This document shows positions 9,894-19,137 of a stretch of 64,000 nucleotides of DNA, piece by piece. The notes below the pieces were generated by a model, which was not told the origin of the DNA, did no database searches, and saw only the letters and a list, made by a program, of their open reading frames with translations. The DNA is from an uncultured virus (IMG/VR IMGVR_UViG_3300042406_002067). Taxonomy: Duplodnaviria; Heunggongvirae; Uroviricota; Caudoviricetes. Position 1 is the stretch's first letter; each line of letters starts with the position of its first letter. A program made the position numbers and the translations under genes. The DNA lies in IMG/VR virus record IMGVR_UViG_3300042406_002067. The stretch is one strand, 5' to 3'.

Positions 9894-10395
9894 AAACGAC
9901 ACACTCACAATTACAATTGTAAATAATTCCAAAACAGCCCTTCCATGGGCTGCATTTGGCTATAACCAAGGTTTGCAAAGCGGTCCAGGAGTATCCGTAA
10001 ATGTAGCCGAAAGTTCACTTATGCAAGCAACACGCCAAAGCGCACAAGCCTATTTTGATGTAAAGGAAATTAAAATACGCACCAATAATAATGAGCAATT
10101 GAGCAATCCAATTACATTGCAGCATAGCGATGCAACAGGTAAATACGAACAAGTATCATTCAATCCGGTTGATTATGTAGATGTAATTAATTCAATCCCA
10201 AACTTTGTTGTAATTCGCAATCCCGAACTTACCATTACAGGCAAAGATGGCATTACAGGAGTAATTAATGCCAATAGCCGTATGGATGTGATTATTAAAG
10301 TAAAACAAGCACCTAAAAAGTCAAATTTTATTAAATCATTAATTGATTTGTTTACGCCAGGAACAAAACTAACACTTACACGTGTACCCAAGTAA
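9886..10395 (+). CDS. capsid-like protein, paralog 1
   Basis: Shares TITIxN..FG.N..GVxVxxxESS..Q..R motifs with 10759 and 11541. Confidence 0.55.
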   Translation: MFKNDTLTITIVNNSKTALPWAAFGYNQGLQSGPGVSVNVAESSLMQATRQSAQAYFDVKEIKIRTNNNEQLSNPITLQHSDATGKYEQVSFNPVDYVDVINSIPNFVVIRNPELTITGKDGITGVINANSRMDVIIKVKQAPKKSNFIKSLIDLFTPGTKLTLTRVPK

Positions 10396-10443
10396 AATCA
10401 AATTTGATAATTACAATACAATTTTTGTAAAAAATAAAATTAC

Positions 10444-10471
10444 AAGCCACATTGCAAAATGTGGCTTTTTT
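10444..10471 (+). terminator. intrinsic terminator
   Basis: AAGCCACATT-gcaa-AATGTGGCTT + T-run. Confidence 0.75.
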
Positions 10472-10605
10472 ATTGGCATTTAGCCTAATTATTTACAAAA
10501 AGCATAATTGTAAAACAAAAGCACTTTCCCTATTTATAATGTTTTCCCAATTTTGCATCACTTATTATAGTCAAAAATATTTAAAAACCAAAAAACACAC
10601 TCAAA

Positions 10606-10707
10606 ATGAATTTTAAAACAGCCCTTATGTATGCAGGTGTAATCGTAGTTGCGATTTTAGTTGCAGAATTAGTAAAACCTAGTGTAAACAAAATGTTAGG
10701 TCGCTAA
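10606..10707 (+). CDS. 33-aa single-TM protein co-transcribed with the putative major capsid gene (not in ORF track)
   Basis: MNFKTALMYAGVIVVAILVAELVKPSVNKMLGR; A-rich start. Confidence 0.65.
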   Translation: MNFKTALMYAGVIVVAILVAELVKPSVNKMLGR

Positions 10708-10758
10708 TTATTTTCAAAAGCAAAATAAACATCAATCAAAAAAAACACAAAGAAAACA

Positions 10759-11463
10759 ATGAACCCAAATTCTTACAAATCATTGGTAGCTAGATCTGCT
10801 TCACGTTTCTCCAATTTTGGAGGTAACGGAATGGCTCCTGCTAACCGTTTGCAACAATTAAACCGTACTTTCACGGTATTAATTACAAATGCAACAAATG
10901 CTGATGCAACTTATGTTGTATTTGGTAATAACATTTATGGTGATGCTGCTTCTGCAGGATCTTCTACAGGTGTTACTGTTACAATTTCCGAATCAAGTCA
11001 TGCGCAGGTAAAACGCGAAACAGCGAATTCACCTGTACAATTAGTAATGGCTAAGTACAAAACTAGCGATGCTGATAACTTGTCAAACACAATTACTTAT
11101 TACGAGAAAGATTCAACCGGTAAGGTTCAATCTATTCCTGTAACGCCATTAAACTACCAAGAACCAGAGAACAACCAATCTTTATTGGTTCGTATCAATG
11201 ACTTCGAAGGTATGGATATTTATGGTGGTAGTTACTTAACCGGAACCATCAAAACGAATACTACAATCACTTTAATCCTTTCAGTAGGTACAAAAGTAGA
11301 TTTACGTAACGCTGCTTCTGATGATTCAGTTATCGTAACAACTTCAAGACCTGCTCCAAATGGACAAGCTCCATTGCAATTGCAAGTTTCTGCACCTGTA
11401 GCTATGCCTGCAGCGGTAGCAACTCCTGATGTTGCAACAAAAAGCAAGTTTTTAGGTTTCTAA
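10759..11463 (+). CDS. putative major capsid protein (paralog 2)
   Basis: Beta-rich, codons typical of highly expressed genes (GCT/ACT/CGT/AAC), bracketed by terminators, near the packaging ATPase. Confidence 0.6.
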   Translation: MNPNSYKSLVARSASRFSNFGGNGMAPANRLQQLNRTFTVLITNATNADATYVVFGNNIYGDAASAGSSTGVTVTISESSHAQVKRETANSPVQLVMAKYKTSDADNLSNTITYYEKDSTGKVQSIPVTPLNYQEPENNQSLLVRINDFEGMDIYGGSYLTGTIKTNTTITLILSVGTKVDLRNAASDDSVIVTTSRPAPNGQAPLQLQVSAPVAMPAAVATPDVATKSKFLGF

Positions 11464-11491
11464 AATCCGAAAAACGAAGTAAATAATAAAG

Positions 11492-11523
11492 AAGCCAAAG
11501 AACTTGTTTCTTTGGCTTTTTTT
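11492..11523 (+). terminator. intrinsic terminator
   Basis: AAGCCAAAGAA-cttgt-TTCTTTGGCTT + T-run. Confidence 0.8.
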
Positions 11524-11540
11524 AAAACTAAAAAAATCGA

Positions 11541-12200
11541 ATGAATCAATTTGTAAATAATTTTATTGGTAAAATAAATGATTTTAGTGGCATTTCTCCT
11601 AAAAAAATTGAATCACTCAATAAAACAATTACAGTTATCATTACAGCAGGCGATTTAGCACCTGTTGGTAGTGGAACATTTGTTCTTTTTGGTAATGATA
11701 TTTACGGATCAACACAAAATGCAGGTTCTACATCTGGAATAACTATTACAGTTGCAGAAAGTTCACATTCGCAAGTAAAACGCGAAACATCAAATAATCC
11801 ATATTTTATTGAGCGAATGCTATGGAGCACAAGCGATAACGATAATCTTGATTATAATGTTATTTATGGAACAAGAGAGGGAACAGGTTATGTGGAAACA
11901 AATCAATTTCAACCATTAAATTATACCGAGCCAAATCAGTATTACACTAGAGGCCGAAACATTAGAGTAAATGATTTTGATGGACTTGTAATTGATGGAA
12001 TTCATGCAATAACAGGTACAATTAAAGGAAGCAGTACCATTACTATGATTTTTAACTTAAAAGCAAAAATCAATAGAACAAATATTTTAAATGGCCAAAA
12101 TGTAGTTGATTTATCAGCACCTTCAAAGCCAAATAGAATTCAAAAAGTTGAATTAATTAATTCGGATATTAATCCTAAATGCAATAAATACAATGTATAA
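11541..12200 (+). CDS. capsid-like protein, paralog 3
   Basis: FGNDIYG..AGSTSGITITVAESSHSQVKRET..PLNYTEP..RVNDFDG aligns clearly with 10759. Confidence 0.6.
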   Translation: MNQFVNNFIGKINDFSGISPKKIESLNKTITVIITAGDLAPVGSGTFVLFGNDIYGSTQNAGSTSGITITVAESSHSQVKRETSNNPYFIERMLWSTSDNDNLDYNVIYGTREGTGYVETNQFQPLNYTEPNQYYTRGRNIRVNDFDGLVIDGIHAITGTIKGSSTITMIFNLKAKINRTNILNGQNVVDLSAPSKPNRIQKVELINSDINPKCNKYNV

Positions 12201-12696
12201 CGCGCTTAATCCGATCCATTATATAGCATTACACAACGAAAACGAAGTGTTACCAATGCTCACCCAACAATACGCATTACCAATGCCAAAAAGCCATGCA
12301 GAATACTTTAGTATGGTTGATTATGCTACAGCACAATATGGTGATTCATTTATCGATTCAATGATTGCAGTTCATCCAGATAGAGAATTGTTTGTTCGAA
12401 AATCTGGATTCACTCCCGATAATTATGTGGTAAATGTAAAACAATACAATTTAAGCCAATTAAATGCTGAATTAGAATCACTTACGTTGCAGTTTAGTAA
12501 AGCAACCGATTCGGCATCAAAAATAGAATTGCTTGATACAATTGCCTTTGTTCAAAAACAAATAATCGAAAAACAAAAGCAAGCACCAGCAGCAGAATTA
12601 CCAGGAACTTCAATACACAAAACAAACCAATACCTATTATTAGCATTAACAGCAATTGTTTTAATGTTTGTAGGATCAAAAATATTTAAACAATGA
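12193..12696 (+). CDS. putative virion membrane protein (C-terminal TM)
   Basis: YLLLALTAIVLMFVGSKIFK C-terminus. Confidence 0.6.
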   Translation: MYNALNPIHYIALHNENEVLPMLTQQYALPMPKSHAEYFSMVDYATAQYGDSFIDSMIAVHPDRELFVRKSGFTPDNYVVNVKQYNLSQLNAELESLTLQFSKATDSASKIELLDTIAFVQKQIIEKQKQAPAAELPGTSIHKTNQYLLLALTAIVLMFVGSKIFKQ

Positions 12697-13202
12697 TAAT
12701 CATTACACGCGATACCGCTAAAATATTTGATGGAAAATCATATTTGGTTAGTCCCGAGCAGCAGCAAGGAATGGACCATATTGCCGATTCAGTTGTAAAC
12801 AAAAAACAAGAATTGGTTGATTTGTTGAATAAGTTTGGCGTTCCTGCATACGGAAAAATTAGTGCAAATGAATTAACGGTACTTACCGTTGATATGCTTA
12901 ATAAATCAAAAGAATTCCAAGCTGAATTTGCTCAAATGGTTGCAGGTAAATATTCAAACATGACAGATGGATATACCGCAGCCACAGTTGGTATTATGAA
13001 TAGCATTGCTAGTATTATTGGTTCATTTCAAACACCCGATAATTCAGCAGCCATTGCAGCTACAAATGCACAAATACTTGCATTAGCAGCCGAAAAAGAA
13101 AAGGCTAAAAAAAGAAATACAACAATTGCAATAGTAGTTATTAGCATACTTGTAATTGCTGCAGGTTTTATTATTTACAAACAAGCAAAATCAAATAAAT
13201 AA
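12693..13202 (+). CDS. putative virion membrane protein (C-terminal TM)
   Basis: IAIVVISILVIAAGFIIYK followed by a basic tail. Confidence 0.65.
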   Translation: MIIITRDTAKIFDGKSYLVSPEQQQGMDHIADSVVNKKQELVDLLNKFGVPAYGKISANELTVLTVDMLNKSKEFQAEFAQMVAGKYSNMTDGYTAATVGIMNSIASIIGSFQTPDNSAAIAATNAQILALAAEKEKAKKRNTTIAIVVISILVIAAGFIIYKQAKSNK

Positions 13203-13426
13203 TGGAATTAGGACTTTGTTTTGGAAATAAAGAATGTATTGCAAAGCGCGAAGCTCAAAAAGCCGCGAACCAGCAAGCATTATTGTTGCAACAACAAGCA
13301 TTGGAGCAAGCATTAAATAAACCAAGCGGAGGGCTATCAACAGGTGCAATTGTAGGGATTATTTTAGGAATTATTGCCATTACTACTGTAACAATTATTT
13401 TAATTAAAAAACGTAAAAATAAATAA
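13202..13426 (+). CDS. putative virion membrane protein (C-terminal TM)
   Basis: GLSTGAIVGIILGIIAITTVTIILIKKRK. Confidence 0.65.
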   Translation: MELGLCFGNKECIAKREAQKAANQQALLLQQQALEQALNKPSGGLSTGAIVGIILGIIAITTVTIILIKKRKNK

Positions 13427-13427
13427 A

Positions 13428-14000
13428 ATGTTAGACAAAATATTTTCAAAATCGAGCAAAATTTTTAGCAATGCTACCGGTGATATGGTTAAGCCACAAA
13501 GAGGTTCATTAAGTGCAACAGCTTATTTAAGTAAACTTAATGAATACAATGCATGGCTTATTGTTCAATACAACAATGCATTAAACACAGTTGCAGCAGA
13601 ACAAGCACGTTACAATGATTGGGCATCGGCACCAAATCCAGATTGGAATTTTATTCAAAGTTCGGTACAACCTCCATTAGTAGCAGCGCAATTTAAACGC
13701 GATGGATTAAAGGCTCAATTAGATAGCTTGAAGGCTGAAATTGATTTAATTACACGACAATCAAATGCCGAAATTGATGCACAACTTGCTGCAAATAAAT
13801 TAACATTGGCAAATGCCAATTTAACAGCCGATCAACGTTTGGCTATTGAACGCCAAAATGCTGAATTGGAATTGCAAAAATCAATTGCAAGTTCTCGTTC
13901 AAAAAACTTGCGAATATTGGTTATTGTAGGTGCCGTTGCACTTGTATTCGGAATTATTGGATTTGTAGTATATAAATTAAAAAGAACAAAAGCAGCCTAA
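13428..14000 (+). CDS. coiled-coil protein with C-terminal TM
   Basis: Heptad-rich middle, TM + basic tail. Confidence 0.65.
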   Translation: MLDKIFSKSSKIFSNATGDMVKPQRGSLSATAYLSKLNEYNAWLIVQYNNALNTVAAEQARYNDWASAPNPDWNFIQSSVQPPLVAAQFKRDGLKAQLDSLKAEIDLITRQSNAEIDAQLAANKLTLANANLTADQRLAIERQNAELELQKSIASSRSKNLRILVIVGAVALVFGIIGFVVYKLKRTKAA

Positions 14001-14402
14001 ATGAATAAACAGCAATCATACTTCTCACTCCCATCATGGGCGCAAGGTTTTGGTGGTGGATTGGTAGGTTCGAGTGCTGGATTAGGATTCGAAAGTTTAG
14101 GCTTTTTGGTAGGAATACCAGCCGCAGGAACAGGATTATGGACCTACATTGGAGCTTGTAAAGGAGATAAACGTTGCGAAACAAAAGTAACCGATTGGTT
14201 TAATAAATACAAGCCTAGCACTCAAAGTTCGGCACCAAATGGTACAGGATCACAAGTAAATCCATATGCAGCGCAAAACCAGGCACAAGCACAAGCATTG
14301 GCAAATGCAAAACCAATTGATTGGAAGCCTTTTTTAATAGCAGGTGGAAGCATTGCAGCAGTTTTAACAATAGGGATTATATTATATAAATTATCAAAAT
14401 AA
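14001..14402 (+). CDS. Gly-rich membrane protein with C-terminal TM
   Basis: Hydrophobic Gly-rich N-terminus and C-terminal TM. Confidence 0.6.
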   Translation: MNKQQSYFSLPSWAQGFGGGLVGSSAGLGFESLGFLVGIPAAGTGLWTYIGACKGDKRCETKVTDWFNKYKPSTQSSAPNGTGSQVNPYAAQNQAQAQALANAKPIDWKPFLIAGGSIAAVLTIGIILYKLSK

Positions 14403-15104
14403 ATGGAAGCAAATTCAAAAATTGGGATTAATACTACATCCGAAAAGAGTATTGAGGAATTAAAACGTAGAATTAATGGTGCGCAAATAGATTTAGATTT
14501 TTATTCAACACCAATTGAATTTACAAGTGTAGAACCACAAAGTGCAAACCATTTATTTGGTAATGGTAAATGGAAAAAAACAATTATTGATCATTTTGGT
14601 GAAGATACGTTTCAAAAGTATTCTGAAAAATACGGAAATAAGCCAATTGATTTTAAAATAACAAAGTTAATTACACCATTTGCAAAGTATTTCCAGCAAA
14701 ATGAATTAGTGCAAATAAAAGACAATAAAGGCACTTATTCGGGCGAAATAAAAGTATTAGCCATTGGCGATTGTTCTTTAATAATTATGAAGCCTTTTAC
14801 ATGCGATTCAACAGGCCAATTAATTAACCTTAATCGTAAAAAAGGTGCTGAAAATGCACTTAAAAGAATGAATCAAATGCTTACCGATTCGCAACCAACA
14901 AAAGTGGCTCAAAGTAAAGCAGTTGAAACAAATGTAATTGAAAGTGAAAAGCCTGCCGAAACAACCGTTTCATTAACAGAAACAGTTGCACCAGCAGCAG
15001 AAGCAAAAAAATCGAATACAACATTAAAAATCATAATTGGCTTATTAATAACAGTAGCAATTATATATGCCGGTTACAAAATAATTAACAGTCAAAAAAA
15101 ATAA
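14403..15104 (+). CDS. putative virion membrane protein (C-terminal TM)
   Basis: IIIGLLITVAIIYAGYK. Confidence 0.6.
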   Translation: MEANSKIGINTTSEKSIEELKRRINGAQIDLDFYSTPIEFTSVEPQSANHLFGNGKWKKTIIDHFGEDTFQKYSEKYGNKPIDFKITKLITPFAKYFQQNELVQIKDNKGTYSGEIKVLAIGDCSLIIMKPFTCDSTGQLINLNRKKGAENALKRMNQMLTDSQPTKVAQSKAVETNVIESEKPAETTVSLTETVAPAAEAKKSNTTLKIIIGLLITVAIIYAGYKIINSQKK

Positions 15105-15126
15105 AAACCTAAAAACAAATAAAAAC

Positions 15127-15588
15127 ATGTGTGGTACTTGTAGCAATTTTACAGAAAGTCAAATGGGATTAAAAACATGGAGCAACTTTAATAATAATAA
15201 AGTTGGTTTAAAAACATGGAGCAATTTTACGGATGCAGAATTGCGCCAACGTTGTTCCCAAGAGCTGAATACAACAGCAGGTTCATTAATTGATTCATGC
15301 GTTGCTCAAAAGAAAGCACAAATGACACCAACAACAGGTACAGATGGTACTCCGCAATGGGTAGGTTATGTACAAGGTGCAGGAACAATTTTGCAAAACG
15401 CAGGTCAAATATTCCAAGGATTATTTGGGCAACAAAATGTAGCACCATCAAATATTCCACCAGCACCAATGCCCGAAGAACCAAAAGGTTTAGGCGCAGG
15501 AGCTTGGATTGGAATTATAGCAGGCGTATTGCTTGTAGGTGGATTAGTTTGGTACGGAGTTAAACAATCTTCAAAAGCAGGCAAATAA
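15127..15588 (+). CDS. putative virion membrane protein with GLKTWSNF duplication and C-terminal TM
   Basis: Tandem peptide repeat; WIGIIAGVLLVGGLVWYGVK. Confidence 0.65.
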   Translation: MCGTCSNFTESQMGLKTWSNFNNNKVGLKTWSNFTDAELRQRCSQELNTTAGSLIDSCVAQKKAQMTPTTGTDGTPQWVGYVQGAGTILQNAGQIFQGLFGQQNVAPSNIPPAPMPEEPKGLGAGAWIGIIAGVLLVGGLVWYGVKQSSKAGK

Positions 15589-15590
15589 TC

Positions 15591-15797
15591 ATGGAAAATA
15601 AATACGTATGGGCAATTATTGCATTCTTAGTAGGATACTTTATTGCAAAAAAACGATTAGAAAAAACAATTGCTGATAAAGTACAAGCTGCCGAAGAAGC
15701 ATTAACAACCGAATTTGCTGCAGGAGTAGATAATGCACTTGCAATTGCAGAACAAAAAGGAATGACTATAACGCAAGTTCGTCAAAATTTTAAATAA
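15591..15797 (+). CDS. small N-terminal TM protein
   Basis: YVWAIIAFLVGYFIAKK. Confidence 0.6.
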   Translation: MENKYVWAIIAFLVGYFIAKKRLEKTIADKVQAAEEALTTEFAAGVDNALAIAEQKGMTITQVRQNFK

Positions 15798-15802
15798 AAC
15801 GT

Positions 15803-16531
15803 ATGTTACCTGTATTAAATACCGATAATCAAAAAATTGTAATTAACATGGATTTGTTTTACGCAAAGCCATGCGATATTAGAATTATTGGTACTGATGC
15901 AAGTGATGAAAATACAGTTTATTTTGATAGAATAGCAAATCCCGATCGTCCAGGTTTATTCAATTTAGACTTTCCATTGCCATTAAGTCCTAAAAAACTT
16001 AAAATTTCAATGTTTTCGGATGCCGAACGTGGTGATGCAGTTATCAAAACAATGGGTTCGGAATTTTTGAATCCTGTAGGAGTTGAATGTGATCAAGAAG
16101 ATATTGAATTTATTAAATTTCTTCAAAAGTTTGCTGAAAAAGCAAGCTATTTACCTACAGGCGAATATCGTGCACCAGGATTAACGCCATACATTGTGTA
16201 TAGCGATTATATTATTGATGCCGAACTTGGTAAATTAACAACACCAGCACGTGTGGACCACAATAGTGGCGAAATACAAATATCGCGCGAAATGTTGAAA
16301 AAATGTACCGTTCCACAACGAATGGTAATTGGAACACATGAGTATAGCCATTGGAAATACGACAATACAAACGAAACATTTTGCGATAGGAATGCATTGC
16401 GTATTTGTTTAGGACTTGGATATTCAAAATCGGAATGTATTTATACGTTCACCAACATTTTGAATGATGATCATGAAAGCAACAACCGTTTGCACGAAAT
16501 AGTAAATTACATAAACCAATTTAAACAATAA
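15803..16531 (+). CDS. putative zinc metallopeptidase (HExxH)
   Basis: VIGTHEYSH followed by E..CD..AL. Confidence 0.55.
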   Translation: MLPVLNTDNQKIVINMDLFYAKPCDIRIIGTDASDENTVYFDRIANPDRPGLFNLDFPLPLSPKKLKISMFSDAERGDAVIKTMGSEFLNPVGVECDQEDIEFIKFLQKFAEKASYLPTGEYRAPGLTPYIVYSDYIIDAELGKLTTPARVDHNSGEIQISREMLKKCTVPQRMVIGTHEYSHWKYDNTNETFCDRNALRICLGLGYSKSECIYTFTNILNDDHESNNRLHEIVNYINQFKQ

Positions 16532-16533
16532 AA

Positions 16534-17184
16534 ATGGCCGACTTTTTAGCAATAGCATCCAAAACATTTAATTTTGAAGGAGGGTTCCAACAATTTGCAA
16601 ACGATACCGCAAATTATTGTAATGGCGTTTTAATTGGTACAAACCATGGAATTTCTGCCGTAGCATACAAAGGTTACTATAATGAATGCCCAACGGTTGC
16701 TCAAATGAAAGCCTTAACAAAGGACCAAGCAAAAGCAATTTACAAAAAGAACTATTGGGATGTTATTAAAGGCGATTTAATAGCAAACCAAAGTGTAGCA
16801 CATATATTTTTCGATGCATTTATTGCTTCTGGATACGTAGGTTTAAAACGCGTAAAAGGTTATGTAAATAGTTATTATGGTTCAACCAAAATACCTGTTA
16901 ATTCAAGTGCATTAACAGCAGCCGATGCTACATTAATAAACCAGGCCGATGCAAAAAGATTGTTCGAAATTGCAAAAGCAGGCGAAATTGCAAACCGTAA
17001 CAGTTTAGTAAATAGCAATCCTGCTAAATACGGAATGTTTTTAAAAGGATGGTTAAACAGATTAAATGCAATCAATTTTGATGGAGCAACAAACTTTGTA
17101 AAGCGTAACCCAGCAATAGTAATACTATTCGCATTTATAGCAATGGCAACCACATTTGCAATTGTAAAAACAGTACAAGCATAA
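16534..17184 (+). CDS. glycoside hydrolase family 108 muramidase with C-terminal TM anchor
   Basis: FEGGF..D..TNHGIS..LTKDQAKAIYKKNYWD..FLKGWLNRL; C-terminal IVILFAFIAMATTFAIV. Confidence 0.85.
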   Translation: MADFLAIASKTFNFEGGFQQFANDTANYCNGVLIGTNHGISAVAYKGYYNECPTVAQMKALTKDQAKAIYKKNYWDVIKGDLIANQSVAHIFFDAFIASGYVGLKRVKGYVNSYYGSTKIPVNSSALTAADATLINQADAKRLFEIAKAGEIANRNSLVNSNPAKYGMFLKGWLNRLNAINFDGATNFVKRNPAIVILFAFIAMATTFAIVKTVQA

Positions 17185-17221
17185 TAAACCAAAACAATAA
17201 CCAACAACCAAACCAAACAAA

Positions 17222-17656
17222 ATGAACAAAAATTTAAAAATAGCCTTAATTATTGCAGGTATTATTGCATTAATTTATTTCTGGAAAAAAAACAAATCCG
17301 ATGAATCTCAAAAATCTGAATTCTTAGGATTTTTCTCTAAAAAAGGTTCACAAAAGTGGGCTGATAGATTAGCAAAAAGATATTGCCAATTAATTAGTCA
17401 ATTACAAAAAATAGTTGATTTAATGAATGCAGGTAAAGGCGATGGAATGACAGCTAAATTAAAGTTAAAAATAGAATCCGAATTGGAATCAATTTTATCG
17501 CAATTGGCTGCTTATGGATATGCAGTTAATAGTTCAACTTGCAAAGCAATAGTAACAGGAGGAAAAATTTATAAGCCAGGAGATCAAATTGGTGCTGATT
17601 GTTTATGCAAAGACAAAAGAACTTGGGGCCCAGAGTGCTGCAAGTCGTTTAAATAA
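17222..17656 (+). CDS. N-terminal TM protein, Cys-rich C-terminus
   Basis: IALIIAGIIALIYFWKK; contains KSEFLGF. Confidence 0.6.
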   Translation: MNKNLKIALIIAGIIALIYFWKKNKSDESQKSEFLGFFSKKGSQKWADRLAKRYCQLISQLQKIVDLMNAGKGDGMTAKLKLKIESELESILSQLAAYGYAVNSSTCKAIVTGGKIYKPGDQIGADCLCKDKRTWGPECCKSFK

Positions 17657-17814
17657 TGGATAAAAAAAGAGTTATAAAAAACGTGTTATTCGCAGTATTC
17701 GTGCCTACGGTGATAGTGCTCGCATACTACGGATACAAGTTTGGAAAACAAAAGTACTTAATTTACAAATCAAAAAAAGAGGGAACAAGCAATGAAAAAG
17801 ATTCTAATATATAG
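17656..17814 (+). CDS. 52-aa single-TM protein (not in ORF track)
   Basis: MDKKRVIKNVLFAVFVPTVIVLAYYGYKF...; start overlaps the upstream stop. Confidence 0.55.
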   Translation: MDKKRVIKNVLFAVFVPTVIVLAYYGYKFGKQKYLIYKSKKEGTSNEKDSNI

Positions 17815-18034
17815 TGGCATCGGAATAGCATTAATTACAATACTATACTTTGTATTTAAGCCAAAAGCTAAAAAAGATTGTGGTTGCCAAGGTGGTGATC
17901 CAATTGCTGCAATTAATGCAATGAATACCGATGAACTAAAGGAGCAAATTACTGCCCTTGGTGATAAACGTAGATTAGAAGGTTTGTCGGACGATGAACT
18001 AAAAGCAATTTTAATCGAGCTAGTACAAAAATAA
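17792..18034 (+). CDS. N-terminal TM protein
   Basis: ILIYSGIGIALITILYFVFK. Confidence 0.6.
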   Translation: MKKILIYSGIGIALITILYFVFKPKAKKDCGCQGGDPIAAINAMNTDELKEQITALGDKRRLEGLSDDELKAILIELVQK

Positions 18035-18036
18035 TT

Positions 18037-18525
18037 ATGGCAAACAAACGCATATTTTCAAACTTTACCATTAATGCCGATGTAACGCCCCTTTACGATA
18101 GTTGGGGAACAGCCGATTATTGGGGATGTACCGAGTGGGTTAATTGGCACAAAGCAATGGTGCAAAAATACGGCTTGCAAAAAGCAAACCAACGTTTTAC
18201 CGATGCATGGTTAGATGGTTTATCGGTTGTGGCAGGCGGACGAGGAAATGCACCAGGTTCAAATTATATTGTTGATAGCGTGCCATTGGATTGTAGATCA
18301 TTCAATTCATCATTCCGCGATTATATTTCAAAAAACCAAGCATTATACGATGTTGTTTATTCCGGAATAGCAGGAACAATTGTAAAGCCAATTGGTGCTG
18401 CAGTTGATGTAGTTGAAAATGTAGGTGGTGGAATATCAAATGTATCAAAAGTAATTAGATATGGTTTGCCAATAATCATCATTTTAATTGCAGGTATTTA
18501 TGCTTATAAAATGTACAAAAAATAA
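18037..18525 (+). CDS. putative virion membrane protein (C-terminal TM)
   Basis: Trp-rich domain + YGLPIIIILIAGIYAYK. Confidence 0.6.
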   Translation: MANKRIFSNFTINADVTPLYDSWGTADYWGCTEWVNWHKAMVQKYGLQKANQRFTDAWLDGLSVVAGGRGNAPGSNYIVDSVPLDCRSFNSSFRDYISKNQALYDVVYSGIAGTIVKPIGAAVDVVENVGGGISNVSKVIRYGLPIIIILIAGIYAYKMYKK

Positions 18526-18540
18526 ACAAAAAATAAAAAC

Positions 18541-18738
18541 ATGGCAAAGAAATCAGTATCAAAAGCAGAGGCAAAAGCAGCAGCTAAAAAATTAGCAGCA
18601 TACACCGCCCAAGAATCTAAAAAAGCAGCTAAAAAAGGTGCAGTATCAACAAAAAAATACGCAACAAAGGCAAAGAAAAAAACAGTAGCAGTAGCTAAAA
18701 ATGCGTTATCCTCTTTTAGAAAAAGATTTAAAATCTAA
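18541..18738 (+). CDS. small Lys/Ala-rich basic protein, possible DNA-condensing core protein
   Basis: Amino-acid composition. Confidence 0.6.
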   Translation: MAKKSVSKAEAKAAAKKLAAYTAQESKKAAKKGAVSTKKYATKAKKKTVAVAKNALSSFRKRFKI

Positions 18739-19136
18739 TGCAGTTACAAGGTAAAATAACCGACAAACAAACAGGCGAAACATTGCCAGGTGCTAATATT
18801 TATATTAGTGATGCAAATGGTAATGTATTAAATCCACCAACAGGATCGCAATCCGATGCAAATGGAATGTACGGCTTTTTTGTTCCAAACGGAAGTTATG
18901 TAACAGCATCATTTGTAGGCATGAAAAAGCAAGTAGTGCAGCCAATTGCACAACAATGCATTGCAAGCCCATGCAACACCGTTCAAAATTTTGAATTAGA
19001 ATCGGGAAGCCCATTAGAAGTAGTAGAAATACAAGCTAAAAAACCATTTCCATGGCTTATTGCAACAGCAGTATTAGTAACAGTAATTGGATTAGGATAT
19101 TTTATTTACGATATAGCAAAAAACACAAAAAAGTAA
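18738..19136 (+). CDS. carboxypeptidase-regulatory-like (SusC N-terminal extension type) domain protein with C-terminal TM
   Basis: GKITDKQTGETLPGANI..G..SDANGMY..VTASFVGMKKQ. Confidence 0.75.
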   Translation: MQLQGKITDKQTGETLPGANIYISDANGNVLNPPTGSQSDANGMYGFFVPNGSYVTASFVGMKKQVVQPIAQQCIASPCNTVQNFELESGSPLEVVEIQAKKPFPWLIATAVLVTVIGLGYFIYDIAKNTKK

Positions 19137-19137
19137 C

